A stretch of 64,000 bases of DNA, from positions 375,279 to 439,278 of the forward strand of contig CBDFFH010000015.1 in assembly GCA_965246715.1 (NCBI GenBank). The letters are read 5' to 3'. Below the pieces are notes generated by a model, which had not been told where the DNA came from, ran no database searches, and saw nothing but the letters and a program-made list of their open reading frames with translations. A program made the translations under genes and the position numbers. Shown one piece after another: positions 41,145 through 52,444 of this stretch; position 1 is the stretch's first letter; every line of letters starts with the position of its first letter. The DNA comes from Chamaesiphon sp. (GTDB lineage Bacteria > Cyanobacteriota > Cyanobacteriia > Cyanobacteriales > Chamaesiphonaceae).

Positions 41145-41798
41145 ATGTATGACCTCGATCGATTGGCAAAAAAGTGGCAAAAATGCTGGCATGGTTTAGC
41201 ATTAGACTCACTAGAGCTAGATCGAGTATTTCAGCAACTAGTTAATGCTTATATCCAACCCGATCGCCATTATCACAATCTTACTCATATCCTGCAGGTA
41301 TTAACTACTATCGATCGATTTTCAGCAACTTTGCAAAATCCAAGTGCAGTCTACTTAGCTGCCTGGTTTCACGATTTTATCTACGATTCTCAAGCTGCCG
41401 ATAATGAGCTACAAAGTGCTAAAGCTGCTGGCAAATTACTAACAGTTGTTGGCGCAGATAAAGATTTAATCGATCGAGTCCGAGTCCTAATTTTAGCAAC
41501 CCAAGGACATCAAATCGATCCTGATGACCCCGAGCTATGTATGTTTCTAGATGCGGATCTGGCAATTCTTGGGAGCGAGCCACTGCAATATCTAGTTTAC
41601 CAACAATCAATTCGACGCGAATATAGTTGGGTGTCAGACGCAGCCTATCGAGCTGGACGGATTCGAGCATTAGAACACTTTTTACACCGAGAGCGGCTCT
41701 ATCATACAGATTTATTATTTAATGAATTAGAATCGATCGCCCGAGATAATATCAATACTGAAATTTTCCAACTAAATGCTGCTAATTCGCTCGACTAA
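41145..41798 (+). CDS. HD-superfamily metal-dependent phosphohydrolase
   Basis: RHYHNLTH, WFHD, DADLAILG, IRREY. Confidence 0.88.
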   Translation: MYDLDRLAKKWQKCWHGLALDSLELDRVFQQLVNAYIQPDRHYHNLTHILQVLTTIDRFSATLQNPSAVYLAAWFHDFIYDSQAADNELQSAKAAGKLLTVVGADKDLIDRVRVLILATQGHQIDPDDPELCMFLDADLAILGSEPLQYLVYQQSIRREYSWVSDAAYRAGRIRALEHFLHRERLYHTDLLFNELESIARDNINTEIFQLNAANSLD

Positions 41799-42724
41799 TT
41801 CAACTGGTCGCCCAAATTACCATCATGAATTCTCGATCGCCGATAATGCGGCTCGATATTAATTAAGTCATCGATATTACCTTGAATGGTATTACAAATC
41901 GTGTCTAACGGTAGATCGTTAGGATCTGTACCAAAGGGATTTTCAATTTCAACACCGATCGCTTCGATGCCAAATAATGTAAAACTAACTAATGCAACTG
42001 CTGGTGCTGTCCACCATTTAAGTTCTTCGACAACTTGAAAAGGTAGTAACAAACAATACAGCAGAATCAATTGCTTGAGGTGAATTGCATAAGCTAATGG
42101 CATCGGCGTACGGAGAATGCGTTCGCACGCACCGAGCATATCGACCATGCTATTGAGAATATTTTGTAATTCACTCATTTGATACAAACTAATCTGCCCC
42201 TGTTCTTGTTTTGCCTGAAGATAGTCACCAATCCAAAACACGATTTCTAAAGGTGCGTTATTTGCAGTTTGAAGTTTTAGTGACTGCATGGGGGAAACAA
42301 GTTTAGCAAGTTTTTCATCCATAGGTTGCGATCTCAAATATAATTTAGTCGCAACTGCAAAAGCTACTAGCAAATTTAAAATTTGCTCCTTCTCTTTACG
42401 ATGTAAGGGATCTTTTTCAGAAATTGCCACCCAGATCGAACGAGAGAGATTACGGATATTATTGACGATCGTTCCCCAAGCTTTACGACCTTCCCAAAAT
42501 CTTTCGTACGCAGTGTTCGTCCTAAATACTAGTAATAATCCAAGTACGATACTCGGCACGATTCCTCCAAGTGTTTTTGCCGAAACATTTATTTTCTGGT
42601 CTGATAAGATTGAAATAAAAAGTCCAAAAATACCACAAATTAATACTCGATTCAAAATAGTCGGAATCACCGAACCTTTGATTCTCAAGGCAATTTCAAA
42701 CCAGCTTAATTGCTTTAAACTCAT
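41795..42724 (-). CDS. Bestrophin family ion channel
   Basis: FRTNTAYERFWEGRKAWG, CERI, IENPFG. Confidence 0.93.
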   Translation of the reverse strand: MSLKQLSWFEIALRIKGSVIPTILNRVLICGIFGLFISILSDQKINVSAKTLGGIVPSIVLGLLLVFRTNTAYERFWEGRKAWGTIVNNIRNLSRSIWVAISEKDPLHRKEKEQILNLLVAFAVATKLYLRSQPMDEKLAKLVSPMQSLKLQTANNAPLEIVFWIGDYLQAKQEQGQISLYQMSELQNILNSMVDMLGACERILRTPMPLAYAIHLKQLILLYCLLLPFQVVEELKWWTAPAVALVSFTLFGIEAIGVEIENPFGTDPNDLPLDTICNTIQGNIDDLINIEPHYRRSRIHDGNLGDQLN

Positions 42725-42784
42725 CAGTTATTTTGTTGTTGGCTATTTATTATTCGATCGACTCTCGCTAGCTACTAGCCGCAA

Positions 42785-44020
42785 CTACTCACTATCCACT
42801 TGTCGTTGCTTGCCATCGATTAGCGCACTTACTGTCATGTCGCCCATCACATTGATTGCTGTCCGACAGCGATCGAGAAACCAGTCTACCGTAATTAGGA
42901 TGGCAATATACTCAGTGGGCAATCCTACTGACGAAAATACTAATGTCATCGTGACTAAACCAGCTTCGGGAATCCCTGCTGCGCCGACAGATGCGACGAT
43001 CGAAGTCAACATTACCATCAGTTGTTGCACTAGGTTGAGATTTTGGCCTAATACCTGTGAGATAAATAAGGCTGACATTGCCTCATACAACGCAGTACCA
43101 TCGTTATTAAAATTACTCCCTACCAATGCGCCTAGCGAGGCTGAAGATTCGCGCAAGCCGACCTTTTTAATTAGCGATTCAAATGTAATCGGCATGGTAG
43201 CGGTAGAAGAAGCCGTCGAGAAGGCGGTAATTAGTGCATCAGAGCCACCTTGAATAAATTTTAGGGGTGAAACCCAAGAACCAAATCTAACTCTGGTGAG
43301 ATAGTAAGCAGCCTGGAGCAAGAGCGCAACAATTACAGCGAGCACGAACGCACCTAAAGCTTTAAATGGCGCAAATCCTTGGATAGCAATCGTTTTGGAG
43401 ACAATTCCAAATACCGCCAGCGGTACCAACGCGATAACCCAATGTAAAATTCTAATTACCGCATCAAATAATAAGCTAATTATCTGCTCGATCGCGAGAT
43501 AACTATTTTGCCCTTGCTTGATTTGTTCGGATTTAATCGCTTTGAGTACGATCCCAAAAGATAGCGCGACAAAAATCAGTGAAATGACATTATTGTCTAC
43601 TAGTGGCTTGACAACCGAGTCGGGAATCAAATCTGAGATCAGACCCCACGGATCGAGCTGCTTGACTGCTGTATTGGTTGGAGCCGTTGCCGCAAGATTA
43701 CCGCCAGCGCCAGGCCGTAAAACATTAGCTACTAATAACCCGATCGCGATCGCAACCACCGTATTAGTAACTAATAAAATCGATAATTTCCGTCCCGATT
43801 TACTAGGAATCTCTGCTGTTAAAAAAGTATCCAGAATGGCGAGAAAAATTAGTGGCGTAGCTAAAGTACGTAGCGCCTTGAGAATGAGTGTTGCTGGTAG
43901 TGCTAAATGCTCGATAACATCCTTATTCCAGATGGGTTTTCCAGCACCTAAAAACACCCCAACAATGACTGCTACAATTAATGCGGCAACAATCTGTAAA
44001 TATAACGGAATTTTGGTCAT
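42785..44020 (-). CDS. Dicarboxylate/amino acid:cation symporter (DAACS)
   Basis: FSTASSTAT, NNDGTALYE, DWFLDRCRTAINV. Confidence 0.93.
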   Translation of the reverse strand: MTKIPLYLQIVAALIVAVIVGVFLGAGKPIWNKDVIEHLALPATLILKALRTLATPLIFLAILDTFLTAEIPSKSGRKLSILLVTNTVVAIAIGLLVANVLRPGAGGNLAATAPTNTAVKQLDPWGLISDLIPDSVVKPLVDNNVISLIFVALSFGIVLKAIKSEQIKQGQNSYLAIEQIISLLFDAVIRILHWVIALVPLAVFGIVSKTIAIQGFAPFKALGAFVLAVIVALLLQAAYYLTRVRFGSWVSPLKFIQGGSDALITAFSTASSTATMPITFESLIKKVGLRESSASLGALVGSNFNNDGTALYEAMSALFISQVLGQNLNLVQQLMVMLTSIVASVGAAGIPEAGLVTMTLVFSSVGLPTEYIAILITVDWFLDRCRTAINVMGDMTVSALIDGKQRQVDSE

Positions 44021-44334
44021 TATTAAGCTACCAATTTAAATTAGATGCGATCGATCCAGATCCGATCGGATATTTAGCAGTAATTGCGAAAACCGCACGA
44101 ATCTATTATCTGACCTCAGTAGTCAACATTACAACTCGATCGGTCTAGATTTCGGAAGTCATCAACACTGAGGTAAGCTTGTCGCTCTGGTCTAGGTTAA
44201 CGTGAGTTAGAAGCTAGAAAATTGCTGGGAGTAAGGCTTCAAGACCCTTGGGTTCCAAATCTAAATAAGGCCTCTCGACCAGAAAATTAAACCGACCCGA
44301 TTGTTAAGAATTTATTTGACTGTGGTTTCACATT

Positions 44335-46329
44335 CTATCCAGCGATGCTTAATGTCTCCATTGCAGTCTTCACCAATTGAAAATAATAAGGTTGTGTCAG
44401 ATCTACAGACTTAACTAGCTGCGCTTCGGCAATTAAATCAGCCACTTTTTGACCCTTATTAACAATTAGAGTTTGACCTTGTGTATTTGAGATCTTTAAT
44501 TGAGAGCGATCTGATGATACCGTACAAGAATAATCCCGCTGCTGATAATTAAATGTCGAAGCCTCACCCAAACTAACTGGAAATCTCGCACTAATTACCT
44601 CTAACTCAATCGATCTCACATTATTCCAATTATTTTCTTTGAGTTTATAAGCAATATCTAAATAACGCGGTAATGGATAATAGTCACCAAACCGCCACGC
44701 GATCGCTTTGATACCTTGCGGAAACTCTGATGTTGCGACGGTGAATTTTAGATGCCCTTTACCGATAACTTTTTGCTCGACGACACGGACATTTGCCGTC
44801 CAAAAAACTGGATCGGGATTTTCGATTCCACAGGGATGAATTGCATCGATTTGTTCGTAAAGTGATTCATTAATTGTCGCTAGTGGCGCTTCGGCATCGA
44901 TTTTGACTAAATGCTTGAGATGTTCGATTTCCAGACATTTGTGGGCAAATTCACTCAATCGCGTTTGAAACTTATCTAGATTTTCGGCAGGCATCGAGAA
45001 GCCGCCTGCGGCGTGGTGTCCGCCATATTTACCCAAGAGATCGTGGCAGTATTCGAGTGCGTGAAAGATGTTAAATTCGGGGATGCTCCGTGCCGAGCCG
45101 CGAAGATGATGTTCGTCCTCATTGGTACCGATAAATACCGGTACGCCATAACGTTCGACTAACCGAGAAGCGACGATCCCAATCACACCATGATGCCAAC
45201 CCGGATGGACGATAACTAAGACCCGATTTTGGTGAATATTATAACCGCCAGCCTGAATCAGATCGATCGCTTCTTGCTCGATTCTGGCACACATGTCTTG
45301 GCGTTGTTTATTTACTTGTTCGCATTGAATCGCTCTCGCTAATGCCACACCCATATCTTGAGTTGTCAGCAGCTCGATGATAATCTGTGGATCGTCGATT
45401 CTGCCGATCGCATTAATTCTCGGCCCCAATCTAAAGCCGATATCTTCAGGTTTGAGCGCATTATCTTTTGCTGCTTTGGCAGCACTGGCGACGGCTCCTT
45501 GCGTACCGGACATTTGAATTAAGGCTTGGATGCCGATTACTTGGGAATTGGGAAGTAGTTGTAGTCCCTGCTTGACCAAGCGACGGTTGATGCCAGTTAA
45601 TGGTGCTAAATCGGCGATCGTGCCGAGGGTAAATAATTCTAATAACTCATTGCTCAATGATGGTTGCTGCATCCGCGCTGCCAACTCTAGAGCTAACAGA
45701 TAAGCGACCCCGACACCTGCAATCCCGCGATAAATGGAAGACTCGGCAATTAGTTTGGGATTTAAAATCGCATTGGCTGGGGGTAATTCTTGAGGCAAAT
45801 CGTGGTGATCGGTGATGATGACCTGTAAGCCTAATTCTACTGCTCTGGCGATCGCGGCTACTGCCGAAATGCCATTATCAACCGTGATAATTAACTTCAC
45901 GCCCTCAGTATGAAATTCTTCCACAATCCGCCGATTGATCCCATAACCATCGGACATCCGACTGGGAATCGCATAATCTACATCGGCACCTAATGCTGAC
46001 AAGGCACGCAATAAGAGTGCCGTACTCGTCATCCCATCCGCATCATAGTCACCACAAATCGCAATCTTTGACTTGGTTTCGATCGCGTTTACCAATATAT
46101 CCAGACTAATCTCTAAATCTGGAAATTCTGTGAGCGGTGAAGGTAATTCCGCTGTCTCTGGATGAATGAATAATTCAGCTTGCGCGATCGAGTCGATGCC
46201 CCGATTCATCAAGACTTGTGCCAAGAGTGGCGATGTCTCGATCCCCTCTGTCAGCGTAATTTCTGCTGCGAGAGTTGCTGCTTGTAATGGGTTACTCGGT
46301 GCTATTTGCCAGCGGTGTTGGGGAAGCAT
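44335..46329 (-). CDS. recJ: Single-stranded DNA exonuclease RecJ
   Basis: GDYDADG, TVDNG, TDHH, GTIAD, GSARS, GGHHAAGG; ATG at 46329. Confidence 0.97.
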   Translation of the reverse strand: MLPQHRWQIAPSNPLQAATLAAEITLTEGIETSPLLAQVLMNRGIDSIAQAELFIHPETAELPSPLTEFPDLEISLDILVNAIETKSKIAICGDYDADGMTSTALLLRALSALGADVDYAIPSRMSDGYGINRRIVEEFHTEGVKLIITVDNGISAVAAIARAVELGLQVIITDHHDLPQELPPANAILNPKLIAESSIYRGIAGVGVAYLLALELAARMQQPSLSNELLELFTLGTIADLAPLTGINRRLVKQGLQLLPNSQVIGIQALIQMSGTQGAVASAAKAAKDNALKPEDIGFRLGPRINAIGRIDDPQIIIELLTTQDMGVALARAIQCEQVNKQRQDMCARIEQEAIDLIQAGGYNIHQNRVLVIVHPGWHHGVIGIVASRLVERYGVPVFIGTNEDEHHLRGSARSIPEFNIFHALEYCHDLLGKYGGHHAAGGFSMPAENLDKFQTRLSEFAHKCLEIEHLKHLVKIDAEAPLATINESLYEQIDAIHPCGIENPDPVFWTANVRVVEQKVIGKGHLKFTVATSEFPQGIKAIAWRFGDYYPLPRYLDIAYKLKENNWNNVRSIELEVISARFPVSLGEASTFNYQQRDYSCTVSSDRSQLKISNTQGQTLIVNKGQKVADLIAEAQLVKSVDLTQPYYFQLVKTAMETLSIAG

Positions 46330-46610
46330 GTCGATCGGATAAGATGCTTCTTTGGAGTTTAGACCAAAATACGTGCTAAATTTCCAATCTAGCACCAAAT
46401 CAAAGTCAGGGTCGAGCGTTTTTAGGTGCTTACTGCCTGTTCTCTAACAGCTGAGAGTATCTGAAATCTTGCCTTCCTCGATAGTCACTCAGTTCTGCAA
46501 GTTTTTCACTTTTAAGTCGAGCAACCTTTAGAGATACATCAGAGTTAGATAAATTAAATTATACCGAACCGATAACGATCTGGCAGTGTGCGAGATGTTT
46601 CGCAAGAGAT

Positions 46611-48107
46611 CTACTGTTCGTCGGCGATTTGTCCGAGATTTACCTGTCCCCAGATTTCAGTTAGGAGCAAATCTTCCTCAGTTGCCATGGCGGAATTATG
46701 CGCCCAATGATGGGGGAGAATGATGCGATCGATCCAGCCGCGTTCGTTAGCAGTGACTGGCGGCTGTTGCTTGTAATTATTAGCGAGAGTTTGCAGATGC
46801 AAGCGCAATTCAGTCAAAAATTCGGGTGTAATCTGGTGGCGAGGTTCGATATCGGCCAGATATTTTGCTGCCGCAAAGATGACTTGATAAACGCAACACT
46901 GGCGATAAAGTTGTAGACTCGAACGATCGTTGGATGCACTCACGCCTTTTAGTAACAGCTCGATCCAATGGTGAACATAGTCCAAATCGGCTAAACCTTC
47001 AGCGGTAACTAATACTTCAAAATTTAGTTCGGCATCGGGTGTCCGAATTTCATGTCGGAACCAATCCCAACACAGTCGAGTAATTTGATTGAATAATTGC
47101 TGAGTATCGGTACTGAGTTCGTAACGTTTGTGGAAGCGATCGCTAGCCAAAAATGCTTGGAATGCTGGCAATTCGGCTTCACCAGCAGCCACAGTTAAGT
47201 TTTGGTTACTCACCACATGCTCGACGATATCATCCGCTACAGCTAATTCTGGCGTAGTTTGGGTAATGCTCTCAGCGAGAGACGGTGCTATTGCCATCGC
47301 TACTGGCTCTACCGTCTCCACTCCACGCTCGCGGGCGAGTTCGGCCAATTCAGGTAACACCGTGCCACCACTGATGCGATCGCCAGCTAGGACTTGAGCT
47401 TGAGCCTGTTGGAGATTTTCTAGCGCCAGATCGGCGATCGGCCCGATCCGCTCGGGATAATTGGCGAGGGCGGCGAGAATCGCCCGATCGATTGCCAAGA
47501 AGCCTGGTAACTCAAAGGATTCTGCTAGTCCAATCCCCACTTCAGCGATCGATTCGAGGCATTCGACTAGTTGAGTCGGCTGGTGGGTGGCGATAACTTC
47601 GCTAAGGGTATCGAGTTGTTCTTGAATTGTCGTCTCAAAGATCGAAGCGACGATATCAAAGCCTAATTCCATTGCTGTCGGTAGCGCAATCTCGACCTCA
47701 GACCAATCACCTAATATTAATTTTAGCTGTTCGATCGTCGCGACCATCCGCTCGGCAACGGCGTTTTCATCGATCGCGCGATCCATAATTTGCGCTTCCA
47801 AACATTCCTGCAACCCCGTGTACCCGTCCAGCAACAAGGATTGAATTGAGATATCGATCTCTACTTCCAAGTTATAAAATACCCGCGCTACATCTTCAAA
47901 GTCATGCGCGATCCGTTCGATCGTACTCAAGCCAACATTTGCGGCGGCACCTTTGAGTGTATGCAATGCCCGCATCAGATTATGGACTTTAGCTGTCGTA
48001 CGATCGTTTGGCAATGTCAGAATTTCTTGCTCGATCGTTTCGAGTAATTCTGGTGCCTCAGCGAGAAAATAACCGTAAGCTTGTGCTTGAATTTGCGAGT
48101 CATTCAT
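46611..48107 (-). CDS. Hpt-domain protein (CheA-like N-terminus, no kinase core)
   Basis: FLAEAPELL...LMRALHTLKG; no HATPase or CheW motifs seen. Confidence 0.8.
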   Translation of the reverse strand: MNDSQIQAQAYGYFLAEAPELLETIEQEILTLPNDRTTAKVHNLMRALHTLKGAAANVGLSTIERIAHDFEDVARVFYNLEVEIDISIQSLLLDGYTGLQECLEAQIMDRAIDENAVAERMVATIEQLKLILGDWSEVEIALPTAMELGFDIVASIFETTIQEQLDTLSEVIATHQPTQLVECLESIAEVGIGLAESFELPGFLAIDRAILAALANYPERIGPIADLALENLQQAQAQVLAGDRISGGTVLPELAELARERGVETVEPVAMAIAPSLAESITQTTPELAVADDIVEHVVSNQNLTVAAGEAELPAFQAFLASDRFHKRYELSTDTQQLFNQITRLCWDWFRHEIRTPDAELNFEVLVTAEGLADLDYVHHWIELLLKGVSASNDRSSLQLYRQCCVYQVIFAAAKYLADIEPRHQITPEFLTELRLHLQTLANNYKQQPPVTANERGWIDRIILPHHWAHNSAMATEEDLLLTEIWGQVNLGQIADEQ

Positions 48108-48174
48108 GGGAGTAGCGGGTAAGGATTAGAGATTAGGGGATAGAGAATAGGGGATCGTCGGGATTAAGAGCATA

Positions 48175-49446
48175 CTATCTCCGGACTAAAGTGCCCAAAT
48201 ATTTATCGAGCGCGACATCGATCGAATTTCTGGTAATCGGCTTGGAGATAAATTCCGATGCACCGACAACTTTGGAACGAACCCGATCGAGTAACCCATC
48301 GCGATCGGTCAAAATAACGATCGGGACATCCGTAAAAGTGGAAATCCGCCGAATTTGACCGCAGATTTCATAGCCATTAATTTTGGGCATGATCAGATCG
48401 AGAAAAATCAGATCGGGTTTATTCTCTAGCAATCGAGGTAAAGCTTGTGTCGCATCTTGAATCGAGATAAAGCGATAGCCAGCTTCAGTAACGATCGCCC
48501 GCATGGTTTCACAAACTTGCGAATTATCGTCGATGCAGATCGCGAGTTTGGAAGATATAGCGGTTTTGGGTGAGGACGATGGCGGATTGCGCTTGCGTCG
48601 CTGTGGGGATGAGGATTTACTGCTAATTGCTGGAGATGGTAAATCTGGGAGGTCGATCGATTCGATGATGCCAGTCTGGAGATAGCGAGTTAGCGATCGA
48701 GTCAGTAATAATAAATCTTCATCGATTTCTATGGCAATCTCCCGCAGTGTCTGCTTTCCGGTAATCACTTGGACGAGATTTTGGTAGATAATCGGCGTAG
48801 TTTGCCGATACAGTTGGACTGGATGTTTGATGGCAGGAGTTTTATTCGGTGAAATATTCCCTAATTTCTGTTTGTCCCACTCTTGCCACATCCGCTCAGC
48901 TCGGGCGAGAATTGCTTCGGTATTTAGTAGAATCTGTGGTTGCTCGGCAAAAACTTCAGGCTGCGATCGAAAAGTCAGTGGTTGGCCTTGACTGTATTGC
49001 AATAGGTCAAAAATTGTTTCTTCTGCTGCAACAGTTAACATAGTTGTCAGTTCGGACGGTTTGATTTCTGATAACATCATCAAGGCGATCGCCCCTTGGT
49101 ACTGCCAACAATTCTGGCTGAACACCGTCGATCCCTTGGATTGAAAGTGTTCGGCAGCCTGAAGTAACAATTCGATGCCGATGTATTTGTAACCGATATG
49201 CGCGCGAATCAATCGCTGCCACTGTCGATTCGGACGCTGCCGATCGATACACCAGACGATCTGCCCTTGGTACAACAACATCTCCCAAGATTGTCCCGAT
49301 TCGACAGTAACCATCAATGAACCAGTAAACTCGCCCCAACTCAAATATTGGAATCTACTGACAATGTTACGCTGTGGGTCTACAGCCGTTAGATAGTGAA
49401 GATCGTTGTTCATTACCGAAGAAGATGGGATAGTCAAGGCAGACAA
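48175..49446 (-). CDS. PatA-family response regulator
   Basis: FTGSL N-domain, QTLREIA HTH, REC IDDN...DLIMP...FISKP. Confidence 0.88.
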   Translation of the reverse strand: MSALTIPSSSVMNNDLHYLTAVDPQRNIVSRFQYLSWGEFTGSLMVTVESGQSWEMLLYQGQIVWCIDRQRPNRQWQRLIRAHIGYKYIGIELLLQAAEHFQSKGSTVFSQNCWQYQGAIALMMLSEIKPSELTTMLTVAAEETIFDLLQYSQGQPLTFRSQPEVFAEQPQILLNTEAILARAERMWQEWDKQKLGNISPNKTPAIKHPVQLYRQTTPIIYQNLVQVITGKQTLREIAIEIDEDLLLLTRSLTRYLQTGIIESIDLPDLPSPAISSKSSSPQRRKRNPPSSSPKTAISSKLAICIDDNSQVCETMRAIVTEAGYRFISIQDATQALPRLLENKPDLIFLDLIMPKINGYEICGQIRRISTFTDVPIVILTDRDGLLDRVRSKVVGASEFISKPITRNSIDVALDKYLGTLVRR

Positions 49447-49705
49447 ATGCGATCCTCAAGAGGATGTCTAGTATAATTAGGACGATTCTGTCGAACAGCG
49501 GCTGCGCCAACAAGTCGATCTAAAGTCGTCATTTTCTCTAGTATTCCCTAGTAATCGGCCAGTACGCTATGATGCTCAGTTAACATTCGGCGATCGGTGG
49601 GCGAATTGAGATATTTAACTTCTCTATTCCCATTGGCAGGTCATCAATGACAGCGATCGATTGAAATAGGATTTTTATGACTGCCAGGTTTATATAGGAG
49701 TTGAC

Positions 49706-52225
49706 GTGTTGAAGTTATTCGCCAGGTTAAAGGAAATATCTGCAAAATTACCGCTGCCTGGGGTAAGCAAACCTCGTCAGAATGAGCGCGAGCGATTCTC
49801 CACCGGAGAGGCTGCACCAACGGGTAATGCGGATCGGCTCAATGATGCGGCACCGCTGGGTCTACCAATTAGAAGTAGCGCCGCAGCTACCGATCCTGCT
49901 GCCAATTTATATCCAGTACAATCGAACGAACCGACTTCATTCTCGTCAGCCGCCGACGAACAGCCAGGCTCTCCACCAGTAGCCAATTTAGTCAACCAAG
50001 CTGCGGGCAAGTCAGCAACTAAGAAAGCCAAGCCGCCAATTATCGGTGCGCTCGGCACGACGGCTACCGCTGTCGGCTCGACAATCGGGTGGGTTGGCAA
50101 GACCGTCGCTAGACCCTTTCGCGGGCCTAAACCACTTTACAAAAAGCGGCGATTCTGGCTGGGTTCGGGACTGACGTTGAGTGCATTAGCGCTGGGCGGT
50201 GCTTGGTTATTTGTAGACCGTAGCGTCGAAAAATACGCACCTGCCGATGCACTCGCTTATGTGCGGCCTGGTACCGTGACGATTAAGGCTGTTGATGGGA
50301 CGATTCTGCTACAGACGGGAAATGCTACTCGCGAGACGCTTAAAACCTGGCAAATGCCCGATAAACTCAAAAAAGCCTTTGTCGCGATCGAAGATAGTCG
50401 CTTCTACGAGCATGACGGCGTAGACTATAAAGGTGTCGCGCGCGCGATGATCTCGAACGTTACTTCCAAAGGTTTAGTTGAAGGTGCCAGTAGCATTCAC
50501 CAACAACTGGCGCGGATGGTTTATCTCAACCAAGAGCGGAGTTTTTGGCGCAAATTGCGCGAAATTCGCCTCGCCCAAAAATTGGGTACAGGACTCACTA
50601 AAGACCAAGTACTCGAGCGCTATCTCAACCTCGTCTATCTGGGCGAAGGTACTTACGGTGTAGCTGATTCTGCTTGGGTATATTTCAGTAAAACAGTAGA
50701 CCAACTGACATTGGCAGAGATGGCGACCCTCGCCGCGATGCCGCCAGCACCGAATAGATATTCGCCGTTTGTCAATCCGGAATTTGCCAAGGGACGGCGT
50801 AATTTCGTGCTCGATCGGATGGTTACTGCCAAATTTATCACCCCCGCTGAGGCCAGCACAGCCAAAGCCGAACCGCTCACCCCCAAGCGCAGCCCGATCA
50901 AACGGGAAGAGCAAGAAGCCCGATATTTTACTAAATATATCGAGCAGGAATTACCCCAACGGATTTCGGCCAAGGCGATTAAAGCGGGTGGATTGACGAT
51001 CGAAACTACACTCAATCCTGAGTGGCAAACCAAAGCCGAAGAAGTTATCAATTCCACAGTCCGCAATAACCGTGGCTCTTTCGGCCAAGCGGCAATGGTG
51101 AGTATCGACCCCCGCACTGGCGGGATTCGGGCGATGGTCGGCGGTACCGACTTTGAAACCCACCAATTCAACCGCGTTACCCAAGCCAAACGCCAACCTG
51201 GATCGACCTTCAAACCGATCGTCTATGCTACCGCGATCGCTGGTGGCATCAGCCCCAATAAAAACTACCTCGATGCCCCCTTCGATGTCGATGGTTATAA
51301 ACCGAAAAATGCTGGTAAAAAGTTTAAGGGCTACATCTCCATGCGCGATGCCCTCGTCAACTCAGTCAACATTATCGCGATTAAAATCTTGATCGATACT
51401 GGCTTCCAACCCGTAATCGACAACGCACACAAAATGGGCATCGAATCCAAACTCGAACCGTTTTATTCACTAGCTTTAGGTGGCTTGGAAGTAAATCTCT
51501 TAGAACTAACCAGCGCCTATACAACCTTTGCCAATCAAGGCGTTCATAACCCCGTACATGGCATTACCAGAGTCACCAATCAAAAGGGTGAAGTCCTATA
51601 TCAAAATAAAGCTCAACCAGCGCGCGTTTTCGAACCAGATACGACGGCAATTATGACCTGGATGATGCGCGGTGTCGTTAATGAAGGTACCGCCACCTCC
51701 GCCCAAATCGGTCGTCCGGTAGCAGGTAAAACCGGAACTACCGATAAAGAACGCGACTTATGGTTTATCGGTTTCGTCCCGCAACTGGTCACTGGTGTCT
51801 GGCTGGGTAACGATAACAATCGTCCGACCGGAAATGCCAGTAGTACTGCCGCCTACGCCTGGTCGCGATTTATGACTACTGCGGTTAAAAATATCCCTGT
51901 CCAGGATTTTCTCCCCCGTCCGGAAAACGTTGATAAACGCAAACCCGAACTAAAACTCGATCCGGTTCATCCACGCTATATCCGCAATCTTCCCATGCCG
52001 AAAGATGGCGAACGGACGGATGACGAAACTAAAACCGATCGCCAGAGCAATAGCGAGGACAAGCCGCGCCGTTCTCGCCGTCGCCGTCGCGATTCATCGT
52101 CCGAACAAACCACCCGTCGTTCTTCTGGCGAAGAGACCACTACCAGTAGCAGTTCTCAAGATACTCCCCGCCGCTCGCGCCGCTCTCGTCGTCGACGTAG
52201 CTCTAGTTCTGGTGATGAAGGTTAG
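49706..52225 (+). CDS. Class A penicillin-binding protein (PBP1A family)
   Basis: Transglycosylase EDSRFYEHDG, GASSIHQQ; transpeptidase STFK, SVN, KTG. Confidence 0.95.
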   Translation: MLKLFARLKEISAKLPLPGVSKPRQNERERFSTGEAAPTGNADRLNDAAPLGLPIRSSAAATDPAANLYPVQSNEPTSFSSAADEQPGSPPVANLVNQAAGKSATKKAKPPIIGALGTTATAVGSTIGWVGKTVARPFRGPKPLYKKRRFWLGSGLTLSALALGGAWLFVDRSVEKYAPADALAYVRPGTVTIKAVDGTILLQTGNATRETLKTWQMPDKLKKAFVAIEDSRFYEHDGVDYKGVARAMISNVTSKGLVEGASSIHQQLARMVYLNQERSFWRKLREIRLAQKLGTGLTKDQVLERYLNLVYLGEGTYGVADSAWVYFSKTVDQLTLAEMATLAAMPPAPNRYSPFVNPEFAKGRRNFVLDRMVTAKFITPAEASTAKAEPLTPKRSPIKREEQEARYFTKYIEQELPQRISAKAIKAGGLTIETTLNPEWQTKAEEVINSTVRNNRGSFGQAAMVSIDPRTGGIRAMVGGTDFETHQFNRVTQAKRQPGSTFKPIVYATAIAGGISPNKNYLDAPFDVDGYKPKNAGKKFKGYISMRDALVNSVNIIAIKILIDTGFQPVIDNAHKMGIESKLEPFYSLALGGLEVNLLELTSAYTTFANQGVHNPVHGITRVTNQKGEVLYQNKAQPARVFEPDTTAIMTWMMRGVVNEGTATSAQIGRPVAGKTGTTDKERDLWFIGFVPQLVTGVWLGNDNNRPTGNASSTAAYAWSRFMTTAVKNIPVQDFLPRPENVDKRKPELKLDPVHPRYIRNLPMPKDGERTDDETKTDRQSNSEDKPRRSRRRRRDSSSEQTTRRSSGEETTTSSSSQDTPRRSRRSRRRRSSSSGDEG

Positions 52226-52313
52226 GCACTAGGAATTAGGGGTTAGTAATTAAGGCTTTGCTAATTTAAGGGATGATTTGCCCCTCGCCCCGCCCGATCC
52301 GTCGGCTCTGGCT

Positions 52314-52353
52314 CCCCTCTCCCAAGCTTGGGAGAGGGGTTGGGGGTGAGGGC
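52314..52353. repeat. REP-like palindrome
   Basis: Perfect 26-bp palindrome CCCCTCTCCCAAGCTTGGGAGAGGGG followed by TTGGGGGTGAGGGC. Confidence 0.75.
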
Positions 52354-52444
52354 ATCTATGCATACCCCAATTCAGCAACGCCGCAATTAATTCACCACTC
52401 TCCCCAGACAATGCCCCTCTTCCAACTACCGATTCCCGATCCGC

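Noticed and set aside
42288..43253. 321-aa plus-strand ORF
   Set aside because: Antisense shadow of the bestrophin and DAACS genes with no recognisable motif
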